From: Syncephalis fuscata S228
Lineage: Eukaryota > Fungi > Zoopagomycota
DNA: 64,000 nt
Direction of reading: 5' to 3'
Assembly (NCBI GenBank): GCA_025786725.1
Contig: JAHLTZ010000013.1
Span: forward strand, 186,001 to 250,000
The notes below the pieces were generated by a model. The model was not told where the DNA came from. It searched no databases and saw nothing but the letters and a program-made list of their open reading frames with translations. Below are positions 38,975 through 50,911 of the stretch, piece by piece; the stretch's first letter is position 1, and each line of letters starts with the position of its first letter. Position numbers and translations under genes: made by a program.

Positions 38975-39273
38975 ATAGCTTTATTATTAAATTAGTAGTA
39001 TTTAGTTTACTTTTATTTAAGCTTCGATGATGTTGATACCGAATATTATTAGTGGTTGCCAAAAAGATACAAAGTAACAATAAATTGAATTTGATAAAGT
39101 TAGAATTATAGTAATTATAAATACCATTACACTCGATTGAATCAATACTAATTTAGATAATAATTAGAATTAACTAAGAATATTCATCACAAGATTTGGT
39201 AGTTGTATTAAAATGGCCGTATTTAGATATAATTATAAGCTAAAGTTTCAAGCTCTCTTTTCTCACTGTATCT

Positions 39274-39852
39274 ATATCTTTATCGCTAAATATTTTAACA
39301 TATGCTATGATTTGTATAAGCAATACGTTAACGACATAATACCAATAAACAATATTATACAATCATCATATTCATATCGCTTATTCTATCTATCACGATA
39401 ATGTCAATTTGTATAAATGATTGAGTGTATTAAAGTACACAGTAGTCTTTAGCAATCAGTCTGTTCCAAACAGTCATAAGATTGCAGACTAATTGCAATG
39501 TATATCATTAAAAGCTGTGTTTAAATTAGTATCAACAAACATGCACTACTCAGTTCGCTGCGTTTACGAATAGATCCATTATTTTCTTTTGGTATTGGAG
39601 TTTGAAATTAAGAACCACACAATGGAATTGCTATAATGAACTATGTTCTTCTCATCATGTTGTTCAATATATATACATACATACATATATATAAATGACA
39701 ATGCAACTCTAAAACATTTGTATTTCAAATTCCGTATTTGAATAACGGGGTTATTACTTGCTGTTTATTTCCATGCGCTCTTCCGTGTTTCTTACTCTGA
39801 AGTATGCATTCAATATTCGTCTGTATCATAGTAAATACATAGACTATTGCAT
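39274..39852 (+). repeat. ~570-bp non-coding duplication, copy 2
   Basis: Near-identical direct repeat of 30789-31354. Confidence 0.93.
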
Positions 39853-40685
39853 TGTTGCTATTCTAATATTTTGGACAGGGTCTTGTGTGAAGTGTGACCA
39901 AAAGATATACCATGTAATTGGATCACCAGGTAAAGTCGCATGTGATTGATTGCAAAAATAATATACCTATCGGATATTAGTACCAATTACTAGTAACAAA
40001 TGCCTATTACGACAATATGACGAGTAGCTACTTGTTAGTTGTGAACATATGAGCAGTCACCTGAACTAATATGCTGCGCTAATAATGAAATACTACAAGA
40101 CATTCCAGTTCTATTATTAGTTATGTTTACTATATAATGATAGCTTTATTCAATATCAATAAAGAAATAATCAAGTTTCTAGTCCAATGTTATTTCTACT
40201 TAGTGTCATACAAGTTATTCAGTTTATTATAGTTAAACTGTGGTAATTGATAACCAATAAGGAATAATTTTATTATAAAAGCAATACAACCAAACAACAC
40301 ATTGCATTCTGAGCGTTAAGCTAAGCGTTAATAAGCATCAGAAATTAGCGTTATAGGATAGCGATAGGATAAGGTGTTGCTTGGTCATCTAAGTTGCAAT
40401 TTCTAAAACTAGAAGCGTAACATTACGTTATTTCCTTGTATGCTGTTTATGCTGGAGAAGCTATTTTAATTTATAAAACTCAATGTATTTTTCTTTTAAA
40501 TTTTTCATATCTTTATTAATAAAATACTTTATGTCTGTAGAAAATTTGTTCATTTCATTCCACATGTACCAATAAAACGGCAAAGGCCACATCACAGCCT
40601 AACGCTATTAATAAATCACGTCATTGCGTAATTTATATTAGACAAATACTTTCTGTTCTTACAAAGGCAATGATATCTTTTTCCA

Positions 40686-42273
40686 ATGCCGTTTGAAAAT
40701 AGCAACGCTTCAGCAAAGATATGGGCTATTGTCGAGATTGTCGAGCACATAGCATTATTCAGTGGAAGTCAGGCCACCGCTATCCTGTCATGTACTTGTG
40801 CTCAATTGCGCAGCTCTATAACAAAAAGTGATCGTTTATGGCATGCGTTTTATCAACATGCTTTCTTTTTTTGTAAGGACAATGATGACGGCTGGTTAAG
40901 CTGGCGACTAAATCAGGAATACTCGACTTTGATGCACACGGATTGTGTAAAAGACGAACACACAAAAAACTATAGCTGGTGGCAACGTTACAGCCAACGT
41001 AAAAAACTACATATAATTGGCTTGAGAATAAGCCGACAAAAACGTTCAACATAATCGGTATTAAGCAGGGTTCAAGCCCAATGTTAACATACAATGATTG
41101 TGATATATTAGCCACTTGTCCTGGTTGGATTGCCTTGACTGATCGTTACCAGCACTGGATTTATTTAATTGAGCTTTCGCCAATTCGTTCAGCAATCGTA
41201 CACACACTAACTTATAGTGAGAAGTCATTTACCAAATTAACTGCAGTATTCAGTACTAATCATCAAAAGCCTTTTGACGACAAAGAAAAAAAAGAGTGCA
41301 ATCTATACTTGATTCTGCACATGTTTTTTCCATACAAAGGCATAAGTGAGCTGCAACTATGGAATGTAGGCAATAGGCAACTATCGCAAACAATTCATTA
41401 AAAGGACGTTTAATGGGCAAGATCATTGGCTTATCTCTGCTACAATGTGAGATTGAACGTGGCTGTTTTAGTCCGCCGCCTTATGATAGTTTTATATCTT
41501 TGATTACAAATATCATTCCAACTAAGAATCGTAAAGTGCAATTTATAGACATTCCCAAGAAAAACAAAAGCAGTCGTTGCATTATACAATCAGTATATGA
41601 GGATTTTGTAATTTTATTGCGCTATTCTAATTATTTACCCTCAGACTCGTACGATGTAATCAAAGTGCCAACAAACACGCTATCCGACGAAGTAGCCAAC
41701 AATGAATCACAGCAGATAATAACCCTTAGCTCAAATTGTTTTTCACCTTCTAATGGAATGAGGCAATTATCTTGTAATTTTCATCGATTGGATCAGAATA
41801 GGGCCTTGTTTCATAATCCAATGCAGTTTGTCGGATCCAACGGCAAACAGCAATATACTGATTACATTGCTGTTTTATCAGTGTCGAACGGCTTAGTTTG
41901 GGAAGCTAGTTATCCTGGAGAACGAAGTGAGCGTTTAATTTTTATGCCTGAGCATAATCTATTTGCTATTCTGTATTCTGAATGGCCAATAATTGTGGTT
42001 ATTTCATTATTGGATGGATCAATTAAGCACAAAATTGGCATTGATTTTTCACTTGATAAGTTTAGCAATTTTGAGCGTTGTTTTGATACATTAATCGTTG
42101 GATATTATTTAAAAGCAAGCCAATATTGCATTGTTAATTTAGCAACAGGTCAGCATTCTATTCATTTATTTCCTATATCAAACGTTACAAATTGCAAGCC
42201 TACATTTGGTCATATGCTAATAAGAAATAGTAACGAATTGCAAGCTATAAGTTTTGTTCCTGAACCAATATAA
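40686..42273 (+). CDS. Divergent F-box-like protein with beta-rich C-terminus; split by two 1-nt deletions (~41005, ~41397)
   Basis: IVEIVEHIALF...LSCTCAQLR...DRLWHAFY is F-box-like. Three consecutive ORFs each shift by -1 with no introns. Confidence 0.6.
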
Positions 42274-42525
42274 CTTTTGACGCAATTACAATAGCAATAA
42301 ATAGTATATTTGGACTTTATTACTTTTCCAATGTATCTATAGCAAGAAAATACACATTGTTGAGCGATAATTAAACAGCGAGATTAGAAGAGACAAAATA
42401 CTAATGACATAAATTTAGTTTTTATTTGCATATTCTCAATAAAATAACATACACAATTAGAGTAACAATAAACCAAAGAAAGCTCTATTAAGCGAATAAA
42501 CAAGTGTTTTTATAGATTTAGTTGA

Positions 42526-43472
42526 TTAGATTATTACGGTTTGATTGGGCTTAATATTGGAAGAGAAATGAAATAAATCGTCGACCATTCGTTCGCTAAC
42601 ATCATTAATAGAAAGATTAAGATCCGCCAAAGGATCCACAAATTGGTCGATTGATAGATAATGCCATTTTGTGTAAGTATAGGCTCGCCTACAACATGAG
42701 CATCCTCGACGTGAATATTATCACTATTGCTATTGCTGTTGCTATTATTAGCTTTACCCATACGCGCCACCTGTAGCGACACACCGGCAAGTGTGGGCAC
42801 ATCGTATTGATGATCTAGTTTCATTGAATCTGCTGGAATTTTTGTTGGGACCAAGAGACCAGCCAAAGTAAATCCCATCATAGCTCGATTGAAATAGTTG
42901 GGCCCCAGTAAGAGACGTTGTGCATTGGGCGATAGTCGGTCAAAAGCCACATCAATTGGTGCAAATAACTAAAATAAATATTTACTAATGAAGATGACCG
43001 TATTTTCAAGCGCTTATACGACTTACTGTTAAATTCTGAAAGGATCAACCAATAAATGACTATGTATTCCGAGCAAATTTAGATGCGTGTTCAACTGAGA
43101 GAATTGCGGCTGCTTTGCAATGATTGTACCAATGGTATTGGGCCGAAGTGGTGCTGGCCCATTAGGAAGCGTAGCAAGTGGCGATTTGGGCATCCATTCA
43201 AACACTTTAACAAAAGGCAGGCCAGGCAATGGTCCATTTTGTACAATGGCAGGAAGACCAGGCTTTTGCAGTCTATGTAATCGATGTATGTTCTTGCTTT
43301 TACTCTTTGCTCGAGTCGAATGTCGTTGTTCTACTCCGATTATAGACTTTATCTTTGGCACTATTGATGCTGCAACTAAGCCTGCTTCTATTGTATTAAT
43401 ACCGTAACCAACATTGTGACCAATAATTATTATGGTCGATAATATTGTAATTAGTCTGTGAATTCCACGCAT
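42526..43472 (-). CDS. Secreted/membrane fasciclin (FAS1) domain protein, 2 exons; 1-nt deletion near 42650
   Basis: Hydrophobic N-terminus, FAS1 H1 FAPIDVAFDRL, TLAG, and H2 NGIIY-x-IDQFVDP after frame correction. Confidence 0.75.
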
Positions 43473-43876
43473 TCTCTAGTTATTGTCTAAAGACACATTA
43501 AACATATGTTTACTACTACTAAAGTTGTACAACCTATCTTTTCTTTTGAAAATCGTCAACCGAATACAAAACAACAACAAAGGAACAAGCTTAATTGGTA
43601 CCAAGTTACGGAACTTTTGTTTATAAATATACATTGCATTCATAAGTCCATCCATTGTCATAATAAGCGCGTTACCATGGCGCATTTTATTGTCGACTAT
43701 TTAACAACGCACGTAATATGATATAATATCTATGTCACTTGGCAACTTTATTCAATACATACGATGCTATTCATTAGCAAAATAGTAGCTAGGCTACCTA
43801 TCTGTTCACAATAGCTTCTTTTCTACCAATGATTGTCCATCATTATTGGCACACCTCAATGTATCTGCAGTTCATG

Positions 43877-44512
43877 CTACCTTTGTTTAAATCCTAATAG
43901 TAAACGTGAATAATCAATGAAATTCATTAATTAGCGGATAGCTTACCATATTTCTTCCGTTCATAAAATAGATCGGTCTTTGATGTGCCCAAATTGACAA
44001 CCTTTGGACAGCCATCTCTCTACAAAGCGCAAAAGTGCAAAAAAATAGATAGGCACGTCATGTTGTTAATGCTATGTTCCATATTCTCAATAGGCACAAC
44101 ACCACTACTCTTATCGATAGTCCAATATGCACTATATTGTAGCGTATTCGTTACTATCGCTATTTACTTACATCTTTTTCCAAAACAGTACACTCTTTGC
44201 AGTAGTACGCGTCAGAAATGCCAACACCACCACAGACAACACAGCGTCCCTGGAAAGTGCCGTAGTTACATTCGTCGCAGATGTGGACGAGCGTGCACGG
44301 CCGTACATAAGAGTCGCAGATAACGCATTTGCCATCGCATTTCTCGCATAAACGACCAATAGCTATTATCGTTATCGTTAGTAGGCAAAAATAGAATGCG
44401 ACAACCGCAAAAAGGTATCGTTATAAGCAACATGGCTTATTAAAACAAACGACCACTTACCAATGCCCGGCTGCTTACGGCACATAATAAGATCGGGGTG
44501 ATGACGAGCCAT
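43877..44512 (-). CDS. RDS3: SF3b subunit PHF5A/Rds3; exons 44512-44461, 44362-44172, 44019-43947, 43893-43877
   Basis: Spliced translation [52 protein letters not shown]...[43 protein letters not shown]. Canonical GT-AG introns. Confidence 0.97.
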
Positions 44513-44664
44513 GACAATACAAGCAGATCACTTATACGTACGTAAAAAGTTGCAATAACAAAACGTGCGAATCCGATCTAGAATGCACTAAGCCTATTCA
44601 ATGGTGTGCACTATTTGTCAATAAATCAACTTTTAGTTATTAATCATTATTAATAGACCATAGA

Positions 44665-45042
44665 TTGATCAAAACTATAACCACCAATCATGTCAATTTA
44701 GTGAAGTTTTCCCATTGCCATTGTAAGCCATTGGTAGACGGCAAATTTGTCTGCCGTGACTGCAACGATGCTTCACCGCCTTTTGGTAGCCATGTAACCA
44801 TCAGGTGCATCCTATGCAAGCTTGCATCTTTGCTTCAAAATAGACCAGTAATTAAGACGGATATGATACACGTGCCAGAATATCCTCCGTCGCGTACCAC
44901 AACTTACTACGGCTACTGGTTGGTGGTTAGTTGTTGTTGTCATGCCAACATCCTGATCAGGCTGGAATGGGTTATGCCCCAGACTGCTACTACGCAAACA
45001 AAACCGACTATCCCACGCTCTGCAAGCACTTATAACGAATAA
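44665..45042 (+). CDS. Possible small Cys-rich protein (start uncertain)
   Basis: GC-elevated 125-codon ORF with CHC, CRDC and CILC motifs, divergent from RDS3. No recognisable family. Confidence 0.25.
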   Translation: MIKTITTNHVNLVKFSHCHCKPLVDGKFVCRDCNDASPPFGSHVTIRCILCKLASLLQNRPVIKTDMIHVPEYPPSRTTTYYGYWLVVSCCCHANILIRLEWVMPQTATTQTKPTIPRSASTYNE

Positions 45043-45891
45043 CAATTGGTTATAATGGACATGGTAATTAACGTCGTTTCTCGTATATTAGTTTACGCGG
45101 CACATTCTCCATTTATGCCATAGAAAGGCAGTATACAATTAAATTAGTGCTTTATTCGGTTTATTATTAGCTCTTTTTTATTTTATTTCTATTCTATTTT
45201 TGTTATTTGCCATTGTATCTCACATAGTCGCCGTATTCGGCGCATATTACATTTATATACACACGCACATTGGATATTGTGCATTCGTGTCGTGTTTCTA
45301 AATTGGAGGATTGCCGTCATATCCGAATTTGTACTCAGCTGACTTGTGCGTGTTTGTGTGTTTGCGTGTCTGCATCATCCATCTCATCATCCCCTTTAAA
45401 TACACCGCCTTGTTTGTCCCCCACCCACCAACTGCATTCTTTCTTTATTTTGTCTTCTGGTTTCTTTTATTCACTGTTGGTCATCATGGCTTTCTAAATT
45501 TATTTTGCGCGTATACTTTTTGGCTATTGGAATTATTTTAACAGCAATTAACAGCAATATCTTTGGCTTTTATTGGACAGCAACTTTTATTTTTAGGCTT
45601 TATTTTCTCTGACCTGCACCGCAATTACAATGACTTGGCTACGTCATCCTCGACCTAAAATGGCTTTTCTCTATTCTCAACAATTATTTTGCTTACCGAA
45701 AGAAAAACTTAAAGAACATTAACATCAGTATTAGCTATTCTCTATCGAGTTGAATACTCACATTAATTATTCATTGATTGCTTTAATAATCAATCCAAAT
45801 CCTCTCTCCAGTTTTAAATTTTGCCGTTATTGGTACTTATTGTTTTGAACTATAACTATTTGCTCTATTTGAAATTTAATTGATTATCAAC

Positions 45892-47268
45892 ATGAAAGCT
45901 GCCGTAACATCTTTACAGATGCTGCCATCTAATCTGACGCATCGTCTTACGGCCGCGGCAGTGACACGCATTTCGGTAAGCAATGACAACATAGGCAGTG
46001 TAACCATAAGCCTTTCACTGTTGCCGTTTTTAGTAATCATAACTAATTGTTTATTTATTACTCATTAGCTCAAGGAAATGTTTATGAAGAACCGTGAAAT
46101 ACTGGCAAATCATGATGGGACTGCTCTAGTAACACCGGCCCAGTTCCTTCATCGCGAACTGCCGGTACGTCTGGGACAAAGTGTAGCGTTGTTGGACGCA
46201 ACACTGTCTCATTCTGATACGACACATTCGCGTAGCTCTATACTACGAGCAACAGTGGTAAAACGTGTCATCCACCAGTATGTCAATGATATCAAGTTAT
46301 TGCTCGATACGCCTGTACCAAAGACGGCGGAACAAGCTATTGGATTTACGAGTATTTTGCACAAGATACGAGAAGGCCAGAGACAATCTATATTTACTCT
46401 TGGCGAAGGTGTGAGTCCTTTAGCAAGTCTGGAACACACTGAGGAAACACGTCAAATGCAGCGCTTTCTGGGAAGATTCTTCTCCGCTCACTTGGGCACA
46501 CATATGCTAATTGGTAACCATTTAACATTATGTGAGCATGGACGTACACTTGTGGACACTGTTCGTCCATACGACATTGCCCAACAAGCGATTGAAGATG
46601 CCCGTCGTAGCTGTGCGGTAGTGTATGGCCGACCTGCACCCAATGTCGAGTTTATTGCACCGGAGCCTAGTGTTTCCACCACATATATACCCGAGCATCT
46701 TAGACGTATTCTATACGAAACGGTCACATTTGCTCTGCGTGGAACTATGGAGCACTTTGGTGTGGCAAAGGATGCAACATCTACCTCTAGCACTGTTCCA
46801 TCCGTAAAAGTAGTGATGATCAACGGAGAAGAAGATGTTAGCTTTAAGGTGTCGGATATTGCGGGTGGTACACCAGCTCGTCAAGTTGAACGACTCTGGT
46901 GGTACAATTGGGAGGATGTCATTCGTGCTCATTCTCGTAACGCTGGTCTAACACCAGTGGCTGATCAATCTAGCGAATTCCAATCTGTCTGTCCGTTTGC
47001 CATGCCTACTAATGGCGAGCCAGCGAACCTAACTTGCATGCCAGGCTTTGGCTTTGGACGAGGATTGCCCGTTGCCCGTTTGGCAGCCAGATACTTTGGA
47101 GGCGATCTGGATCTTGTCTCCATGGAAGGCTACGGCACTGATGTCTATGTACATCTAACACGCGCCGATACTTGCCTGGAAAACTTTCCACCAAGTCCCG
47201 AAGTGGCCGATGCTATCGATCGCAACTACTGGATTATTCCACCAGCTGCGGTTGAACTTGAGGCCTAA
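45892..47268 (+). CDS. Second PDK/BCKDK-family protein with degenerate N-box, 2 exons (45892-45975, 46069-47268)
   Basis: AQFLHRELPVRL, YIPEHLRRILYE, GEEDVSFKVSD, GFGRGLPVARLAARYFGGDLDLVSMEGYGTDVYVHL. Confidence 0.9.
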
Positions 47269-47597
47269 ACACTTCAGTCATATCAGTTTCTTTCTCTTCT
47301 TTTCGTTTCGTTTATTGCTTGTTTGCGTGCGTAAAATACACTGCAGGTTTTAATTGCTTACCAATTAATTGACATTGTTTGGTATATATTTTGAATGTTT
47401 GTTTTTTCTATATACAAAAAACAAGCATGAATATCAATTTAATAAATCTATCAGATTTGTTGCAGTGTAATATATAAGCTACATGGCACACGGTTTAAGA
47501 CATACGTTTTAGTTTAATTAATCTTATTGTCAATTTCAAATAAAATTGGCCTTCATTATCCATAGCAACCTGCTAACTTTCTAGTGCTTTTATCAAG

Positions 47598-47894
47598 ATG
47601 AATACACGCAATCCATCCCATATCTATCGCTTTTTAGAAGATAAAGGACAATTCACTAATAGTGATACGATAAACGATGCAAAAGCACCACCAGCTTGTA
47701 CTGTAGCAATTCGACAAAACGAAAAGACTCGTTGTATTTGTCAACTGGATCACGATGACCTGTGTACCTGTACAACATTTGGTCTTTGTGCATGCGATCG
47801 GACTAGTTGCTATTGCGAGGATTGTTCTCCAGTACAAGCGAACTTGAACCAGCATACTTTGAAAGGAAACTCGTCGAAATCGAAAATTGAATAA
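47598..47894 (+). CDS. Small Cys-cluster protein (metallothionein-like spacing)
   Basis: ATG-initiated 98 aa containing CIC-x7-CTC-x5-CAC-x4-CYCEDC. Confidence 0.4.
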   Translation: MNTRNPSHIYRFLEDKGQFTNSDTINDAKAPPACTVAIRQNEKTRCICQLDHDDLCTCTTFGLCACDRTSCYCEDCSPVQANLNQHTLKGNSSKSKIE

Positions 47895-48699
47895 ATTGTA
47901 TAGTTATTGTCATGCAGTACTATGCTAAAAATGAACTATGAGCATTACTGCAAAAGTGAAACTAACTTTGATAATGTATAAATATCAATACAACAAATTT
48001 ATTACAGGTTCATTTCAAAAATACCAGTATATCAACATTTATAAGACCTAAATATAAATGATACGTCTAATGTTTACTACACGTTCAGTAATTCAAGTAT
48101 AATTAGAGATTATCTGAATTATATGATTAAAATTTTACGATTAAAATTTATTAAAGGCAATAAGTAACTATATATTGTATAATTTTAGCTACAAAAAATA
48201 TTAAATTGATAAAGCAATGAAAATCTACATGCAAGCGATTAGCACTAATACTTAGGACTAAATCAACAAAATAAAATTCTAACTAGACGGCACAATTGTT
48301 TACCATTGCCCCAGTTATTTCTTTTTAGATACATAACATCTTGTTACCATATTTGTTCTAAGCCACTAACATAACAGGTCAACTAGTTGTATATAAAGCG
48401 GTATCTAGATCTAAAACGGCACTTTCAATTAGCTTGCACGATTATTAGTCCCCGTTTTGAGCTGTAATTCGATTAGAATGTTTTACCCCCATGCCGGTCA
48501 TTATTGCAATACAAGGCCTATCGCTTAAACAATAAAACGTGCATTAACTACTATGTATTGCAATTGCTATAAATACTTGAATAATTGCCACTTTTGTTTC
48601 TATATCACGCACACGACTCATTTTACAACTTCTTATTTTTATTGCTATAACTACAGTATCTCACAAAACTACGGGATATACGCATTAAACAAGAATCCA

Positions 48700-49735
48700 A
48701 TGATGCTATCCAAAACCAACTATCTTTTATCTCTACTGGTGCTGCTATCGGTCGGTCAAAGTATAGCAGCATTGCCAAACAATCTTGATGCAAAAGGTAA
48801 CAACATAATGGATTTGTAATACGATGGTAATACTAACATAACAATACTAGATTTTGTCTCTGAGTATCAACTAGGCCAACCTGGAGCATTTGGTATCAAG
48901 AGCTTAGTTATTAATAAGGATGCAGTGAAAAAAGAAGGCGCATATGTTATGGAAGGAAAATATATTGTAGATGGATCTTATCGGCTCAATGCTAGAGTTA
49001 TATGCAGAAATGAGCCAACTAAATATTTGCCATTCAGATTCTACCAGGTATGCATATCCGCTATTACTTTAAATCTTAGTCATAATAACTTTGCTGATAG
49101 GAAATGTATTCTGGGGATTTTAACATGTTTGAATCAAATTCTCTGCAAAGCCCCTTTTATTCTGTCATCAAAAAATTTACTTTAGATAAAGGCTATCTTT
49201 GCTACATGACTGCTAATTCAATGTGCAAGAAAACCGTTCAGTCCTATCGTACCGATAAATACGTTGAACCACAAGTAGCAAAGTCTAGACTTTTGAATTT
49301 TATAAGCTGCAAGTACATATCAGTTACAGTATTTGTTTTGCTAATATCCAATTGAATAGTGATTAAAGACATGAAGGCAAAAGGGTGGTTAATTATTTCT
49401 GCCGTCAGTTCCGGTAAGTTGAATAGTTAACTTTTGCACTTGTAACTATGCTTATATGATTATCAGATGGATGCATTGATGATAATCGCATAACATTTTC
49501 TTCCATCGATCGCATGAGTCCTATGGATACAGCATTTCCAACTATTGATGGGCGTGTAAATGACAATCAAATCATAATGGAGAATGAGAGACTATGGATG
49601 TGGCTGGCCTATTTTTATCTTAAAACTGAACCTAGTTTGAGATACTTGCAAGCATTAAAAGACGTTAAAGATAAATACAAGGATTTAGCAATATCAATAA
49701 CTAATCCACCATTCAATCAAAATTCACGACCGTAA
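48700..49735 (+). CDS. Secreted degenerate kinase-fold protein (family member 3), 5 exons, apparently intact
   Basis: Signal peptide MMLSKTNYLLSLLVLLSVGQSIAALP, then LNARVICR...YLCYMTANSMCKKTVQSY...IKDMKAKGWLIISAVSSDGCI. GC-AG third intron at 49309. Confidence 0.75.
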
Positions 49736-50911
49736 ACTATCATTCTAGTAATTGTTTAATTCATAGTATACCTACCATTAGTTGTCAAACAAGTACGTCA
49801 AGTAATGGTAATGGCAATTTTCTACCGCTTTATACTCTGCAATTATAACATAATTATACTAGCCGAAAAGCATATATTTATATATATCGCAGTCAATAAA
49901 CTTATTTTTGCTATTTTTCGCCGCTATACATGCAATAGTAGTTATAATAAAGCAATAAACCACAACATTATTTGAATAATCAAATGAGCCATTTGATCAG
50001 AATAGTGGCATAATGTTTCTAGATTAGTTTTAAACTACTAATGGTTTATTTTTTTACCAAGTATTATATTGGTTGCTTATATCAATTGTTTGGTTTGTTA
50101 ATTTGCTTATAGTATTTTTACTATATGTATTTTTTACTGTACTGTTTTATAGATAATCTGTGAGCTTTATTGTGCTGCATTATTGGTTAAATATTCTATA
50201 TAGTTTATCCTACAAAATAATGCTAGCTATTATGTAACTATAATTTAACGTTATGATAGTATATTTCTGTTCAAAATGCCAATTTAGTCAATCAAACTTG
50301 CTATTACTGTTATCATGTAACTGACAATGCTACAATATATAAAAAATAATTAATTAAGCTACATTACACAGCATAAAAACTATTAATGCTTCGACTCAAC
50401 ACGAGTTATCTTTGCTTTATAAATTGTTATTTGTCTTGTTAGCATTACCAGTGTCAGGCAGTGACGAATATGTACCAAATACATCCAGCTAAGTCTTGTG
50501 ATTGAACGCTATCATAAAGCGTATTCTCAGCATCTTTTAATGCACATAATTGATGATGCCTCCTATATTCCTAATGAGCCTATTACTATGCAACCATTAG
50601 TAGATGCAGTTATCACTTTTTGACACGTGTCTCAGCAGAAACCACACAGTCGTCATAGAATGCAGGGCATGGAAAGCCGAGCCAGCTAAAGCTAGTAAGC
50701 TAATACTTCTGTACAACTTATCAGGCTCACGACCATTCCTAGCTTAGGCTAAATAAAAATCATACATAGCAAATGCAGCGTCGTTTTCCAAGAATCTTTT
50801 TAACCAAGTTTTCTTATACTGCACTATTCTCTCTCTCTCTCTCGCACCTTATTGAACGTTTCTTCCCATCGTACTTGCCTTTATATTACTTCTGTTCTTA
50901 TCGTACATTCA

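Noticed and set aside
43985-44359. ORF-track ORFs of 112, 74 and 63 aa
   Set aside because: They are wrong-frame or antisense shadows of spliced PHF5A/RDS3.
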